DNA of 64,000 nucleotides from Owenia fusiformis (GCA_903813345.2 CAIIXF020000001.1:15562001-15626000), one strand, 5' to 3'; positions 10,623 through 24,882 are shown, counted from the first letter of the stretch. Notes: a model not told the origin generated them from the sequence alone. Made by a program: numbers and translations.

Positions 10623-13600
10623 TTACTCTAATGGGTGCATAATTGTGATTAGTTTGCCAGGTGGATGGTGAGCACAGGGGGGAAAATGCCATCTCAAGAA
10701 GTGCTTTGAGTAGGAAATATTCTGGGTCCCATGTGTTAGGAGGAATTCCAGCCTTCTAAGTCGGATCATAGACAATTTTAAGAGTTTTGATTCTGATAAT
10801 GCAGACAACTCTATTTTCATAAAATTGTTGATCAATTGAGGATCAGACGACCATCTTCCACCAATTGAAAACTGATAATAGATGGTACCCCTGTAAAGTT
10901 AGTAGAGGATAGATGTTCGATTTTATCAGAAAGTAGGTCCTGTTATAAAATAGTAGATCTAGAGAACCCTCGCCATTCGTTCTGGTTGTATTCCCCAAAA
11001 GTAGGTGACATGGACTTTCATGGGAGTTTGAATACAAAATTAATACCAGAAACTCGTGTGGTATGAAATTGTGTGACTGCAGTTTTCTTATAGAATATTA
11101 ATTTATGGACCAAGTCCAAGTGGATGGATTGAAAGATTATTTATCACTAAATTATTATAGATTAGTTCTCCTGTGAAATCGAACTCTTGAAAAGGGTTAT
11201 GTCTTGACTATTTGAAAGAGTATCAGATTTACCATATAAACCTTTCCAAACGCAAAAAAAATTATAACCATCGCGCCATTACTCCCGAAACAGGCAAATA
11301 GTCCCATATCCTTAAAAAGTGCAATGCGTCTCATCTAACTCATATGTGTATGTGTTACAAGTTGCATAACTAATGCCTTGGTCACATTTGCTTCGATTTT
11401 TACTATGGCACCCGGACGCCGGCCGATGGATCGGGGAAAATGTGACCCTGGCATAAGCACAACAAAACACAGCACTGCTGCCTAACTGTTCTACTTTAAA
11501 CTATTAGTGACTATCTTTTACAATCTACACAGTATTTGTATTGTAATTGTAAAGACACCTCATGGGTACCTTGTACTATTCGATAACCTGATCATAATAT
11601 GGATGACATATTTAAAATTAAAATGCGTCACATAACCTTTTATCAAGGCGGCCAAAAATAAGCTTATCGTAATTTATTCAAACTGGCGGGTCTTGTACGT
11701 TTTTGCTTCAATGGGCATTTCATTCAAAGGAATACATAATGCAGCAAAAAATACAGAGTGGATGCTTGAAACCATGGGTTTTCAATTACTAGTTGAAAGC
11801 CCATGTTGAAACAAAATAATTCCAATAAACATGGCTAAACGTGGAATCAATGTATTAAAAAATATTTGGGTTTCGGACTGGCATCCTTTCTCACTTAACA
11901 TCGCGTCTAGAAAGACGAAGATGGGGAAGGCGTGGCTTACCAAATGCACCACGATATAGCAGAAACGGGCAATTTTACATTGTGATTCCAAATAAGGACA
12001 AAAAGACTGTACGCATTTAATTGATTTTGTCATCTATTCTCATTAGTTATATTAGAATAATGAAAAGAAAATATACGTTCACGGAACAATTAAATAAGTT
12101 TGGATATTTTATCATTGAAGATTATCGTGTATTTTTATTACTAGTATCTCCAAAGAAACCCCCCGAATGAACATTATTTCAGCTAATATTCCTCTTGAAA
12201 AGTGGTGGATCTTAAAAATATATAAGTGGGACTGCTGAAATTGATAGTATACATTTTAAGAAAATGGTCATGTCAAAGAAGAAACCAAATTATAGCAGAA
12301 TTGAATTAAATATTAAAGAAAATTAAATGTAATATGTTGAACTTACATGATAGAACGAAATATTTATGTGGACTGATGACATTACATTGATTTGAAATAA
12401 CTAGCCACATATACAGCTCTTCAATGGAAAGCTTATGCTTGTTTTCTTCAATCCCCTTTCCAGCAGGATTAAATCAGACGTTCGGGTGGTGATAAATTAA
12501 ATGAAACGCATTGAATGGCAGAATACCACTACTATCATAATATGTACGTTTTTTGTTATTATGATATGAAGTAGCCAGCCACACGGCACAACTACCAGAA
12601 AGCTCACCTCGCATTGTCTTCTTTAGCAGAAGTGAATCAAACGTTTCGAGTACGTGTGGCTAGCTATTTCAAATCTGTTTTTATTTGAAGTTACAAGTGC
12701 GCTAAATGTAACAATGAACATTTGAATTCTCACTCCCTGAAAGATTGATTGAATTCAAGTATAATGCATTGTGTCAGTCTCCATTTAGACTCTGATAAAT
12801 CAGAATGGGTATATAATGGAGATCAGATAAAACATGAACCATGGTTTCACCCCAGGATTTGGCATACATTCCCTACGGTTCTTCATGTTAAATCGGTCCA
12901 TCTGTAGGATGCAAGGTTTTTGATTCACCTCTATTGAATAGAACATTATTATCTTATACACTTTTGCCATAAATAGGATTGATTGTGGGCAAAAATTGAT
13001 TTAGTCCCCTACGAAATTTTATTGAAACCCATGCATAATAACAAAAAGTTACAGAAAAATAAAAATACAGTTTGGACATTTTTCATCCTCGCCCCAGTCG
13101 GAAACTTGTGTCCAATGAGAATCTGGGAAAGAAAAAGAACCTGGATTTGGAGTCCTTCAACATCTATATCAATAAGCACTGAGATACTGTACATAGTCAA
13201 GTTTAACAGCGATAGAATTTCAATAGAATATAATCCAAACCTATAGCATTTAAAATAGATCTATGGTTTTGTAACATCTCATCTTAAAATTGAAAGGAAA
13301 CTCCCCGGTTGGCCTTCACTGTCGGATGATGACATTTTTAATGTACGACTGTGAAAGCCCAACTGTTATGACAACCCAAGACGTGTTCCGAGATCGCTTA
13401 TTTTATCATATCTTATAATTCACAAGAGAGGGTTCAAAAAATAAAATTTTGCTGGAAAAATGATAGGATGGAAAAAGAGAGTCCTAAAATGTTGGCTCGT
13501 TGAAAGTTTTGACCCATTTTTTAAAAATATGGACCCAATTTTTAAAATCTAGGCCCATTTTTTCTAAATGCCCATTTTCCAAAAATTAGGTATGTTCCTG

Positions 13601-13718
13601 AAATTGAGACCCAGCCTAATTATATTGATATATTCTGTCTAAATACTCAGGAGTGCCCCAGTACAAAAGTTGAACAACCGGGGATTTACATTCCCAATGG
13701 GTACCCTGCTAGTTTATA

Positions 13719-13895
13719 CACCCTTGGTATACGCAGCTAACGAAAATTGACCGGTACGGGTCAAAAGCTGGACCGGTACGGGTTGATATTGAGCAAGTTA
13801 TGGCTGTTTTAAATTCAAATAAAACCGTTAACCCGTACCGGTCCAGCTTTTGACCCGTACCGGTCAATTTTCGTTAGCTGCGTATACCAAGAGTG
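13719..13895. mobile_element. Small MITE with CAC termini
   Basis: ~64-bp TIRs CACCCTTGGTATACGCAGC.../...GCTGCGTATACCAAGAGTG; flanks TTATA / TTAGA (5-bp TSD with one mismatch). Confidence 0.7.
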
Positions 13896-14217
13896 TTAGA
13901 ATATGAATGGGAAGCCTTTTGTGAACGAGGCAACCACATTGGAGTGGTTTCATTACCTTAATTTCAACAGTACTTGCATCTTTGATCGTGACTTGCAACA
14001 TTTTGCTTGAATTATGGTGTAAGGATTGCTGAATTCAGCAGTTGAAATGAATACATTATAAGTAAGGGGTGTGTCGGTGAGGGTTTGTAGAAAAAACCGG
14101 GTACCGGGTACCGGGTACCGGGTACTAAATCCTCCATACTGGGTTCCAACTTGGTACCCGGTCGAGAAAACCGTACCCGGTCGAAAAAACCGGGTACCCA
14201 GAAAAACAAAAAATACG

Positions 14218-14459
14218 AAAATTTAACATATTAATAACATAATAACATATTAAGTTAAATATCATTAGAAAGCTTTTTAAATTTGAAAAACATGGCAAAT
14301 CAATGAATACTGTATTTTCAATAGTTCGTATATTGGTAAAAATTTAACATATTAATAACATAATAACATATTAAGTTAAATATCATTAGAAAGCTTTTTA
14401 TATTTGAAAAACATGGCAAATCAATGAATACTGTATTTTCAATAGTTCGTATATTGGTA
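14218..14459. repeat. Tandem duplication, 2 x ~121 bp
   Basis: AAATTTAACATATTAATAAC...GTTCGTATATTGGTA occurs twice head-to-tail. Confidence 0.85.
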
Positions 14460-15400
14460 CGTGAATTATTTCGATTGTGATTTAAATCTGTAAATAGCTA
14501 TCGTTACTTTAGTAGAGAGGTGACGTGTGTTATTTTACATGATGCAACGTGTAAGGTTTTGATTGCATAATTTAAGTTATCCCAATTTTCGACGAAGCGT
14601 CCACTGAAGTGTAAATTGTTACGTCTTACAATGTCATAGGCGTAGCCAGGAGGTGGTGCCATGGTGCGATCGCACCCTCCCCCATAACCATTGAAAATAT
14701 GACCATGATGATGATAGAGGAAGAGAACAGCCTTAAAATGTTTTTTTTTATTTGAAGCGTCTAGCTCAATTTTGAATGAAGTTAAATACATTTTTGTAAA
14801 TTCAAAACAAATCTTAGTCGTTGCTTATGCCACGATCACACAAATGAAATATCCCCAATATTAGTGTCTGAGACATTACCGTTGATGTTAACTGTAAAAC
14901 TAATTTGATATAAACTTGTAAATGAAGTAATCTCAACCGTTTTGATTTATCCCGATATATTTTTAGAAATCCGAATTTTTTAGAATTGTTGATTCAGTTT
15001 TGTAACCGTGATTTTTCTCCAATTACTTTTTAGCTAAATCCCGAAGACGAAAAACAGATTTTCACCCCCAAAATTTCTTCAAAAATACAGATTTTCAGAT
15101 TATAAATATAATCCTGTTTTTTAACTAGACATGTATGATGTAATGTCTTCCGTTTCTCTTTGAAACTGTCTTGGTTTCTTCATCTACGTACGCGAATGAC
15201 TGGTCGGTAACTATCCAAACAATATCACTGCATGCATGTCTTAAATGTGTAATCATATTTAGAAACTGGAATGTACGCCCTACAAACATGGTATTAATTG
15301 TATTGTATTGTATTGTATTGTAAATTGTATTGTATATCACATTATTTCCATGTGAATACATTACAATTTCATCTTCGTTCACTCGGCATATTAATTATTA

Positions 15401-15779
15401 ATATTAATTTTCTGCCAAGAGTATCAGACGAATCAAATCATGATTTAATTTCACTTAATCACGCGGTACTAACTCACCGGGGCGTATCGAAACTTCTCAC
15501 ATCTGGGGACCAAAACGAGGGACTTTGTAAACAAAAGCAATGTCTCGACTGAAAAGGTATTTCTGTGAAGGAAATTTAATGGAACAAGTTTGAAGAAAAA
15601 TGGTGTTGTTTGAGACCCACAATCATTTATTTTCCAAAGACAGGGTAGATTTGAAATTCAAATTAACGGGTTTGGGGGGCGTTTTAGTTTCGATACGCCC
15701 TGGTGAGTTAGTACCGCGTGATTAAGTGATATTAAATCATGATTTGATTCGTCTGATACTCTTGGCAGAAAATTAATAT
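15401..15779. repeat. Inverted repeat element, ~95-bp arms
   Basis: ATATTAATTTTCTGCCAAGAGTATCAGACG...GGGCGTATCGAAACT mirrored at ~15685-15779. Confidence 0.75.
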
Positions 15780-18700
15780 GTACAACCCTGTTAAATCAGG
15801 TAAATTGAGCTTTGTAGTTATAATATTGTAATTGTAATGCTGCTTAACCTGAAATAAAAAATATCTACGTTAGATGTTTATTGCAAAATAAAATTGATGT
15901 ACTTGAACTCTGTTTTTTGTACAGGAGATTTCCCCGGTTTTGAAGGGTGACACAGAACAAAGGACGTATAACCCTAACTTAATATAATACGAATTGTACA
16001 GTGCAACATGGAAAACAAATTAATCTTTCTGGCAATTAAGTAAGTTTTTGGAAGTGGAACGTTGCATTTTCATCATCACCGCCAACAGATATACCATGGG
16101 CTTTTAAGAGACCCATGGATATACTAATACTAGAATACTAATAAAAAACGGGTAATTAATTATTTTCTGTACAGCATCATATGCATTCAACTAGAGTTAC
16201 TGTAGCTACATGCATGCACAGGCGTACTCTCAAAATAGAGAAAACAAACTTCGCAAAATCATTTACAATAAAAGAATAAATATTTCACAAACCAGTTAGC
16301 CTATAATACAGAAATCCTTAAATTCATTGAGTTCACATTCATTTTTAAGATATCCATAGTAGTAAGAACATTCTTTTTGAACAAACTTTTGATTGGGAAA
16401 ACCGATGCCTGAAGTAGCCAAATTGAAAATGAGGAGCTTCATTTGTTCACAATGATTTTAATCGTTCAAAAAGAAGACGCTCAGTTCATTAACAGCATTT
16501 CGTTCAGTGTGATTCGGTCATAGTCATTAGCCCCGGGAAAGGTAATCGTTCATACATTAATTAGTTTCCTTTTAATATTTAAAATACGTTTGCCAATGCT
16601 AAAAGCAGAAAGAAGCAGAATTTATTCTATAGTTCCACAGATCGTCAAATCCAAAACTAGATAGTAACTGTTATTTTATTTTTGAAAAAAATTGTGTACT
16701 CAAAGGTGCCTAATATAATTGTAAAATAAGGCCAATGGTAAATTCTTCATCTCCCGTCAGGTAATAATTCAAACTCATCTTGCAAGCTAGGGTAAAAACA
16801 AACACAGAAGAAACAATCTTCACGTAATTTTGCAAATTGTCTCTGTAAATTTAATAAAAATAGTAATGGAAATAATTTGATTTAAATGTGGTCTCTTCAA
16901 ATATGAACGTGAGAGATCTCATACAATGGAAGGCCCACGCCAATAAATGAATTTAATATTAATAGTTCTTGAAACCAAACTTCAAAAACGTGCCGCAGAA
17001 AAGAACGGGGGTCAAGACGCTTTTACAGATTTAAATCAATTATTAACAGTAACTGTCAGACTGTCAGTCGAATGTAAAGGTTCACTTATGTTTGCAAGCA
17101 ACGCATTTGTGTAATGCAATGATACATTTCGATATTCTTTTCAGTTAAACAGAACTATACGAAAATAAGAATTCTTTTACTTCAAACATTATGTTTAAGT
17201 CCACATGATAATGCAATAGCCTACAATCCCTTCTTGTTCAACGGGACTTTGATTTCAGCCCCGGGTTTAAGCCCTGAATAAACCAAAGTATCTGTGTCAT
17301 ACTACAAATAGCATTAGACGTTTATCACAATGTTCAGTATTTAAAACAAGGCCTCTGGTTTTCATGATATTTTCATTTTAGACATGTTTGAGTATTTTTA
17401 ACGTTTAAAAGCAAACCATTATTATTATGGAGCTACATGTATCATACTTATGACATAAGGTTTCATCGTTCGACAACGTGTGAATGGCAGACAGCGGGAC
17501 ACGGCATGTATACACGATGGGCAAAACAAATATCTAGGATATATCCAGTAACACCAAATTAAAAATAATTAATTAAAAAATGTATGCCCCAAATAACCAC
17601 TCAGTGGCAAACAGTGAGAACATATAGCGAATGTGACACTGTGACCGCTACTTTTTGTTGATTTTAAAATACCCGTCCCACATTAATTGAGCTTGCATGC
17701 CCCATCTTATATACAGTAATTTAAGCAAGTACAATATTTAACCCAGACCCGTGGTTCAAACATTTGATGTCTCAGTCACCATTTGATATCTCATCTGCTA
17801 AATATTATATTCTTTTTACAGGTTCTTTCAATGAATGGAATGCTGCAGACATGACGGACATGTGAAGTTTGGGGTTATGCATGGACACATGCGAGGAGGA
17901 CACAACGTAGAGAAAAGCGGGAGGTCTTCACTCAGGAAAGATGTAAAACGCATCCTGGGATTCAGCAGAAACAGCTCCGAAATAATTCAGAACTAAGGTT
18001 GCATTCATGAATTCAGCTGCCGGCTGGTGGTTTAACCTACTTTTTATCAGTGGTAAACTCAATGACTTATAGTGGCAGGTACTACTCATGAGTTAAATGA
18101 GTTGAATTCACCTGCCAGATGACGGCTGGTGGTTTAACCTAGTTTTTAACGTGACAGTCACTATTCATATTTAAATGACTTGGACATGAATTAGCCTAGT
18201 TGGTAATCTGTCAGCCGTCAGTTGAATTGGCGAATGCTACCTCGGCGCCCAACAATGCGTTTATACCCGGGTGTTTATACTTCATGTTATGCATGTAGTT
18301 TCTTGTTTTATTGTTAACACTTAAAAGTTAATAATTAAGGGTTAAAATCTTTCAGGTATTCATAAATAGTTGGCTTAGGTCTGTTGACAGTGATGATGAC
18401 AATTTTGATGGCGAGCTCTACATTCATTTCGAATAATTAATCTTTAGGAATTTTGCGTACTATATTTAAGTTTATACATTTTTATTTATTAGAGCTAGCA
18501 TTCTGATTTTTTATCAGAGCCAAGCACTAGAATGCTTGAAAGAGAGAGTCTTCATATTCAAAAAGTGGTAAAGGCTGTTAATTCCACGATTTAACGCTAG
18601 CTTTACATTTCCTTTGCTTTGTTTTATAAGAAGGTTGAGTTACACGTTTTTAAAAGAACTTGTACCCGAGCGTGTACTATTTCGTTCCCGACCGGGGAAT

Positions 18701-21700
18701 ACTGTTCCACTCTCATATTCACTTGGGACTGTTTTCCGTATGTCATTATACTCAATCGGCCAAGTAAACAGTACACAGGGGAGAAATAATTATCTAGAGA
18801 ACCACGTTCACATACAAGTTGTTTTTTAAGAAACGTGTGTTTTAACCCTATTATCATCTTAGCAGACGGGGACAAACTTGCAAAAATACATGTAGATTAT
18901 TGCAGCATGATTATAGATAAAACTGATTATTTTAATTAAGCTAATTACTTTTTGTGCTTCTTTAATCAATGACGTTTTCAACGGTTAATTGTGTTGCTTT
19001 GTTGTTGATTTTTTTTTAATTTTTTACTTATAGTTGCTTTACAAAATTCTTGCTTTCATTTCTTGTGACAGTTTTTTTTCATATCTTTGTGCATGGCTAC
19101 CTGCATGTAGCATGATGATTGACCGGGAATAATCTGACCGGGATAGACGTCCATGTTTATAACAGAGGCATATAAAGTCAAATGAAAAATTATTAATATG
19201 CCTCTGATTATTATGAGACTGGATATTGGATATAAGACTGCTCGTATATCCATGAGAGGATGTAAGGGTTATTATTGTGTCACCATCAGAATCGGTGAGA
19301 CAAATGACATATTGTTATAGTCTCCAACTTCTTGTGGACGGTGTTCGATGGTTTGTGTTCGGAGTTCGGTGGTTGGTATTTTAAAAACTGGTCTGAACGG
19401 TTATTATTCACGATTCCCACAATTTGTCATATTGGTCCCCAGTCGCTCTTCCCAGCAAAAAGTCCGAGTCACAAGTTATTTTAATACACAGCGGGGGCGT
19501 AACCAGCTTTCAGTCAGGTTGCCGGGGGCGATCGTGGCATGAGCAAGGCAAAAACAATTTTTTGAATTTTACAAAAATTGATGCAACTGCCTTCAAAAGT
19601 GAGCTAGACGTTTTCAATTTAAAGCTCGTTTCTTCTTCTATTCAATGGTTCTATTTTATTGGTTATCGGGGTCGCACCCATCCCCCCCCCCCCACTACGC
19701 CTTTGCATAGTACTGAACACAATAAAGTGCAGGCCTTGAAAGGCGTAATATGATATCAATTTGAAATTACAAAACAGTATACATATGTAATGTCTCCACT
19801 TAGTTTAATTTTCTGAGGATACAATGGGGAAATGAAGATAATTTCTTCAAAGCTTGATTGAACTATATCAGAAATCCCGAAACTTGATTACATTTGCTTT
19901 CAAAATGTTTGCTCTTTCCAAATATCATGAAAATTGATTGCAATTATGTTTGATGAAAAATCAAACTGCTGTCAAATGTCGGCTTATGCGATTCAAGTTG
20001 ATTCCCATGAACAAGATGACACTACATGTATAACCTAGGATCATCCTAGGTATAATCTATAATAATCATTACTCAAAGTACTATTAATCTGCCTGTGTGA
20101 TTACATTTTGTTACAAATGCCAAACGTCAAACACCAACCGCCAAACATCGATCGTCCACAAAAAAAGTTGGAGACAAATGTGTCTACTTGTGGTGGAGTG
20201 ACATAGATATAAGACCCCCCCCCCTCCCAATCAGTTCCTAGATTATTAAGGATTAATATACTTCAAGGTTCTTGCATTTGTTTATAATGAGGATAAAACC
20301 TTCGTTCCCTTATTAAAGTTCCACAAGATCATGAAGCCTGAATAGTTGATTTCACTTTGTCAAAAGTCATGGATGATTGCTGTTGGATAGGAATGAAATA
20401 AATAAAAAAAACTTGCCTATTGAATGTCTGTGCGAATGGTATCAAATAATTTCGATTTCTCAAAAGTTGCCTTTCCTCTCACTTCCTTTTATCTATATAA
20501 TCACATATTAATTGGATCAATACAGACTCGATTTCCTCTGCCAACAATGCCATTGCAATGTAATGACGGGAAACGGTCGCTGGAATAAGCAATCAGACGT
20601 CTCAATTTGTTGAACGTTTGTTTTTGTGAATGTTACTAGAAAACAATGCGTAATTCTGATTTTGATATTGTTGCAATGCACATAAAGCATAGTTCAGCAT
20701 TTCAAGTCATGAGCATTTGATAAAGGGGAAGGGGTGGCGTAAATAATTTCTGACTGCCAAGACTGCCATTTCTGACTGCCCTTCTCAAGAAACCCCATTA
20801 TACCAAACCCTTCACCCACGCAAACACGCACTCAGTCCATGTTGGGTAGGGAAATAGAAACGGATTAGGCCCACGGGGGGGGGGGGGGTAAAACTGCACC
20901 CCCTTGAAGACAGGTTTCTGACGGGCCCGACCCCCTCCCCCCGGCAAAAGCAGGTTATGAATAATGTAGCCAGTCCATGTTAGTTTTTCGGAGATATCCT
21001 TGAAGAATTCTCAACTTATCAAGACAGATAACAATATAAATTGTAGATGGCAAAATAATCTGATCTGATTTTGCTTGCAATTTGTCTGCCTTTAACAGTC
21101 TAATTTCATAGTTATGCAATAAAAATCCCCATGGCAAAAGCAGGCCGCTACTTATAATTTAAAGTGTTTAGTCGGTCCATGATAGTGTCTGGGAGTTGTC
21201 TCTGAAGAATTCTCAACATATCAAGATAAGAGCTGATAATATAAAATGTAGATGGCAAAATAAAACGGCATGCACCTCTAAACATATGCTCATTAATTAA
21301 TATGGTTACAAGCAACAGAAGGATAATCTTTAAATGATTGCAACGCATTATCTATTTTAGCTGGAATCAAGTTGTTTCTAACTCATGCGACAAAACGGAA
21401 AATGGTTTAGAAAATAAATCAATAAGATCAACGTTATACAATGTTGAAAACAAAACAGATAGTAAAAAATCTTATTCTAATTTAATTCCTAAATAAAGTC
21501 TCAACCCTCCAGACACTGGTGACATTTGACCGCATTTGAAAGACTTTATCTAATTTAAATAATCAAATCAAATCAAATCAAAAGTAAAACATGCAAACAG
21601 GTATAACTGCTTATTTGAGAATATCCGAGGAAATGTGTGTCCGGGATGTATGACGCAGATTTCAAGTCCTACATCGCCGTTGAATACCCTGAAAAGAAAT

Positions 21701-22526
21701 CTGCTTATGATAAGTTATTCTTTTTATACCATGGTCAGAGCAATGGTCTCAGTATATAATAGTAAGTGATAAATCACATATTTGGGATATGGATGATATT
21801 GGGATTAGAGGGATGATATGGATATCAACCCGGGTATTTATTCAAAAATTTTCAATTTTCAAAAAAGTTATTTGTTTCAAAATTTTTCATTTTTTCAAAC
21901 ATTTTCTCTCATTCAAAAAGGATTTTAGATGTATGTTGCTCTTGACCATGGTATAAGGTCGTTATTCACCTGTCGGGATGATATTGAGAATATTCCTCGG
22001 ATGGTATCAATATTTCACTCTGTCACTGCGTTCCCTCGGGAAATATTAATATCATGTGATATTCTCCATAGCAAATCCCTCTTGGTGAATAACTTCTTTG
22101 TATATACTTTCAACTAATTTAACAATGAAACAGAAACACAATGCATGCCAAACATTATCTATTGTATTATTGTATATATGGTTATTTCATAGTTTGCACT
22201 TGTATTCAGCAACTGTGTTTCTCAAACCCAATATGGGATAAACATTTTTAGGGTTAACACGTCAGACTTAACACGTCGCTTGAAGTAGTTACAGAAACGA
22301 GAGTTCTGACGCACCTTTAACATTGAGTCCTATGGGGAGGGACACGATTTTTCATAGTACCCTCCCTAACATGGGCTCCAATGGGGAGGGACATCTGTGA
22401 GCCTCCCTGAGCTCGGGAGGCACATACGGGGACCCCACCCCTCCCCCCTCGGCGTGGTGGCGTGTACATATTTCGGGAATCTCGGGCCCTAAGAGTAACG
22501 GACGCCCTACCCCACGACTATACGTT

Positions 22527-22738
22527 CCGGAAGTTAGCCATTTTGACAGGAAGTCAGCCATTTTGACCGGAAGTCAGCCCGGAAGTCAGCCATTTAACCG
22601 GAAGTCGGCCATTTTGAAGCTTTCTAGCAGGAAGTCAGCCATTTTGCATCTGTCTGGGCAAGAGGGTGACATCATAGCGGAAGTGAGGCATCTTTTAGTC
22701 GGCCTGGGTAGGTTTTAAAACGGAAGTTAGCCATCTTT
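22527..22738 (+). promoter_or_regulatory. Cluster of GGAAGT (ETS-like) and GCCATTT (YY1-like) motifs just inside the left TIR
   Basis: About eight GGAAGT and about six GCCAT(T/C)T motifs in ~20-bp units such as CCGGAAGTCAGCCATTTT. Confidence 0.45.
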
Positions 22739-23068
22739 TCCCTACCTCCTCCCACTTCCTCCTTACCTCCTCCTTACCTCCCCCCGCCTCCTCCCTACCT
22801 CATCATTACCTCCTCCCTATATCCTCCTTACCTCTTCCCACCTCTTCCTTACCTTCTCCCACCTCCTCTCTACCTCCTCCCGCTTCCTCCTTACCTCCTC
22901 CCACCTCCTCCCTACCTCATCATTACCTCCTCCTTACCTCCTCAAACCTCTTCCTTACCTCCTCCCACCTCCTCCCTACCTCCTCCTTACCTCATACCTC
23001 CTCCTACTTCCACCCAACCTCCTCCTGTCTCTTCTCCATCTTCCAAACCTCCTCCCCTCCCTTTACTT
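22735..23068. repeat. Pyrimidine-rich (ACCTCCTCC-like) low-complexity tract
   Basis: ~330 bp of degenerate CCTCCTCC/CCTTACCT units, almost no G on the plus strand. Confidence 0.9.
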
Positions 23069-23232
23069 TAATATTCAATAGTTTATAATGTCATAAATGC
23101 CTGTTTATGTTTACAATTGATCTTAATTGACACATTTTGAACCAATCACAATACTGCACATTAGAATATTCTTATATATTTTAAGTTGTCCATGTTTTGA
23201 GTCATTTTACTGATAGATCTTGAACAGACAAC

Positions 23233-24823
23233 ATGTCTTTCAATTGTTCTGAGTGTAGTGTGAATTTTACGAGAGGTGATAACCTATCAAGGCATATGAA
23301 TAAGTTTCATGGAGAAAAAATGCATCAGTCTGATGTTATGCTGAAACATCCGTTTACTATGATAGCAGGTATAGGCATGGACATGTTGAAATTAAAAGTC
23401 TGATAGGTTTCTAAATATAGAAAGAGAGCATGTCAATTTATTAAAAAAAAAATTTTTTGTTGTATTTTCAGCCGGACCAACATCGTCGGGGAAGACCTGG
23501 CTTATGAAGCACTTGATCAAAAATGTTGAACGGTATATATCCCCAATTCCTAGAAGAATCATCTGGTGTTATGGTCAATGGCAGCCTGCCTACGAAGAGC
23601 TAAGAAAATACCCACATTTGGAATTTGTGAAGGGAATACCAGAGGATATTGATGATTCAAGATACCTTGACACTTCAGTTCCTACTTTGATACTTCTCGA
23701 TGATCTTATGAATGAGGCAACAAATGATCAACGGATATGTGATCTCTATAGCAAAGGCAGTCACCATCGAAATCTGTCTGTGATATGCCTACTCCAGAAT
23801 ATGTATCATCAAGGAAAAATGAATAGATCGATGAGCTTAAACTCTCACTATATGATACTGTTTAATAACCCGAGAGATCGCCAACAGGTGGCATTCTTAT
23901 CGAGGCAGATGTACCCCGGAAATGGAAACAAGTTGGTCAGAGCATATACCAACGCAACTAGTCGACCCTATGGTTACCTGCTTCTTGATCTGAAGCAAGA
24001 AACTTCGGAGCACAGCAGATTGAAACCAAATGCCTTTACTAAAAGTGAAGTTGAATTTGAAAGTCATCACGATTCCCGCAACTTCAAGGAACCAATGAAT
24101 GATTCAAAACACTTACTTGAAAGACAGGGTATTTCAGAAGTTGACTATCCGACGACAACATTTATAAATAGTAGTGATGTTAAGAACTACCCTTACATGG
24201 AACGTGAATTTCGAGAAGACAGCATGGTATCCTGTGATGACTGTGGTTTAGTATTTGATAGCATTCACGACTTACAGAGGCATATAAAAAAGTGGTGTCA
24301 AGATCAGGGACCACTACCCAAGAGGATGAGGACCCAATCTACCCAAAATATTGAGGAGAAGATTCCTCAAGACAAAGACAATGACGTTGATGACGATGAT
24401 GGTGATTTGAAAGCAAATGAAACATTTGCATTCTTAAAGAAGTGGTCTATAAGACAGAATGAGGAAGACCACCGACGTAAAGTGGATGAGTATATGGATA
24501 GAGGGATGGATAAGACAGAGGCTGTAGAAAAGGCAGATAATAAACTATTGTCAAAGAATAAGGAAGAATTTATAAAAGGATATAAACAATTCGTCAAGCT
24601 AACGGTTGATGTAAAAGACAATGCGTTACACAGAAATATAATTGATTCAATAAATAATATGATGAGGAGGGGTGTCTCTGTGAACTTAGCCATTAGGAAG
24701 ACACTTTTAAAAAACAAACACAAGTTTGATGAGGTCTTTATAGAGGATACAGACCAGGAAAGTAGCTCCGAGGAAGAACAGAGTGAATCCGAAAACGAGG
24801 CTGTTGAATCAAGCACTGAGTGA
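23233..24823 (+). CDS. Polinton-type A32/FtsK-like DNA-packaging ATPase with N-terminal C2H2 finger and long C-terminal extension; 2 exons (23233-23368, 23472-24823), 495 aa
   Basis: Spliced product MSFNCSECSVNFTRGDNLSRHMNKFH...KHPFTMIAAGPTSSGKTWLMKHLIKN (Walker A GPTSSGKT); Walker B LILLDD; KGSHHRNLSVICLLQN; YGYLLLD; second Zn-finger-like motif CDDC...HIKKWC; acidic tail. Confidence 0.85.
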
Positions 24824-24882
24824 TAAATATTAGCAATTTAAAGAGAGATCGTCATTAAGGAGTCAGATTCCGACAGTGTAAG

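Noticed and set aside
11600-12700. Coding-like stretches (83-aa ORF 11782-12033 and neighbours)
   Set aside because: Could be decayed gene or TE sequence, but no family motif or consistent exon chain could be identified by eye.
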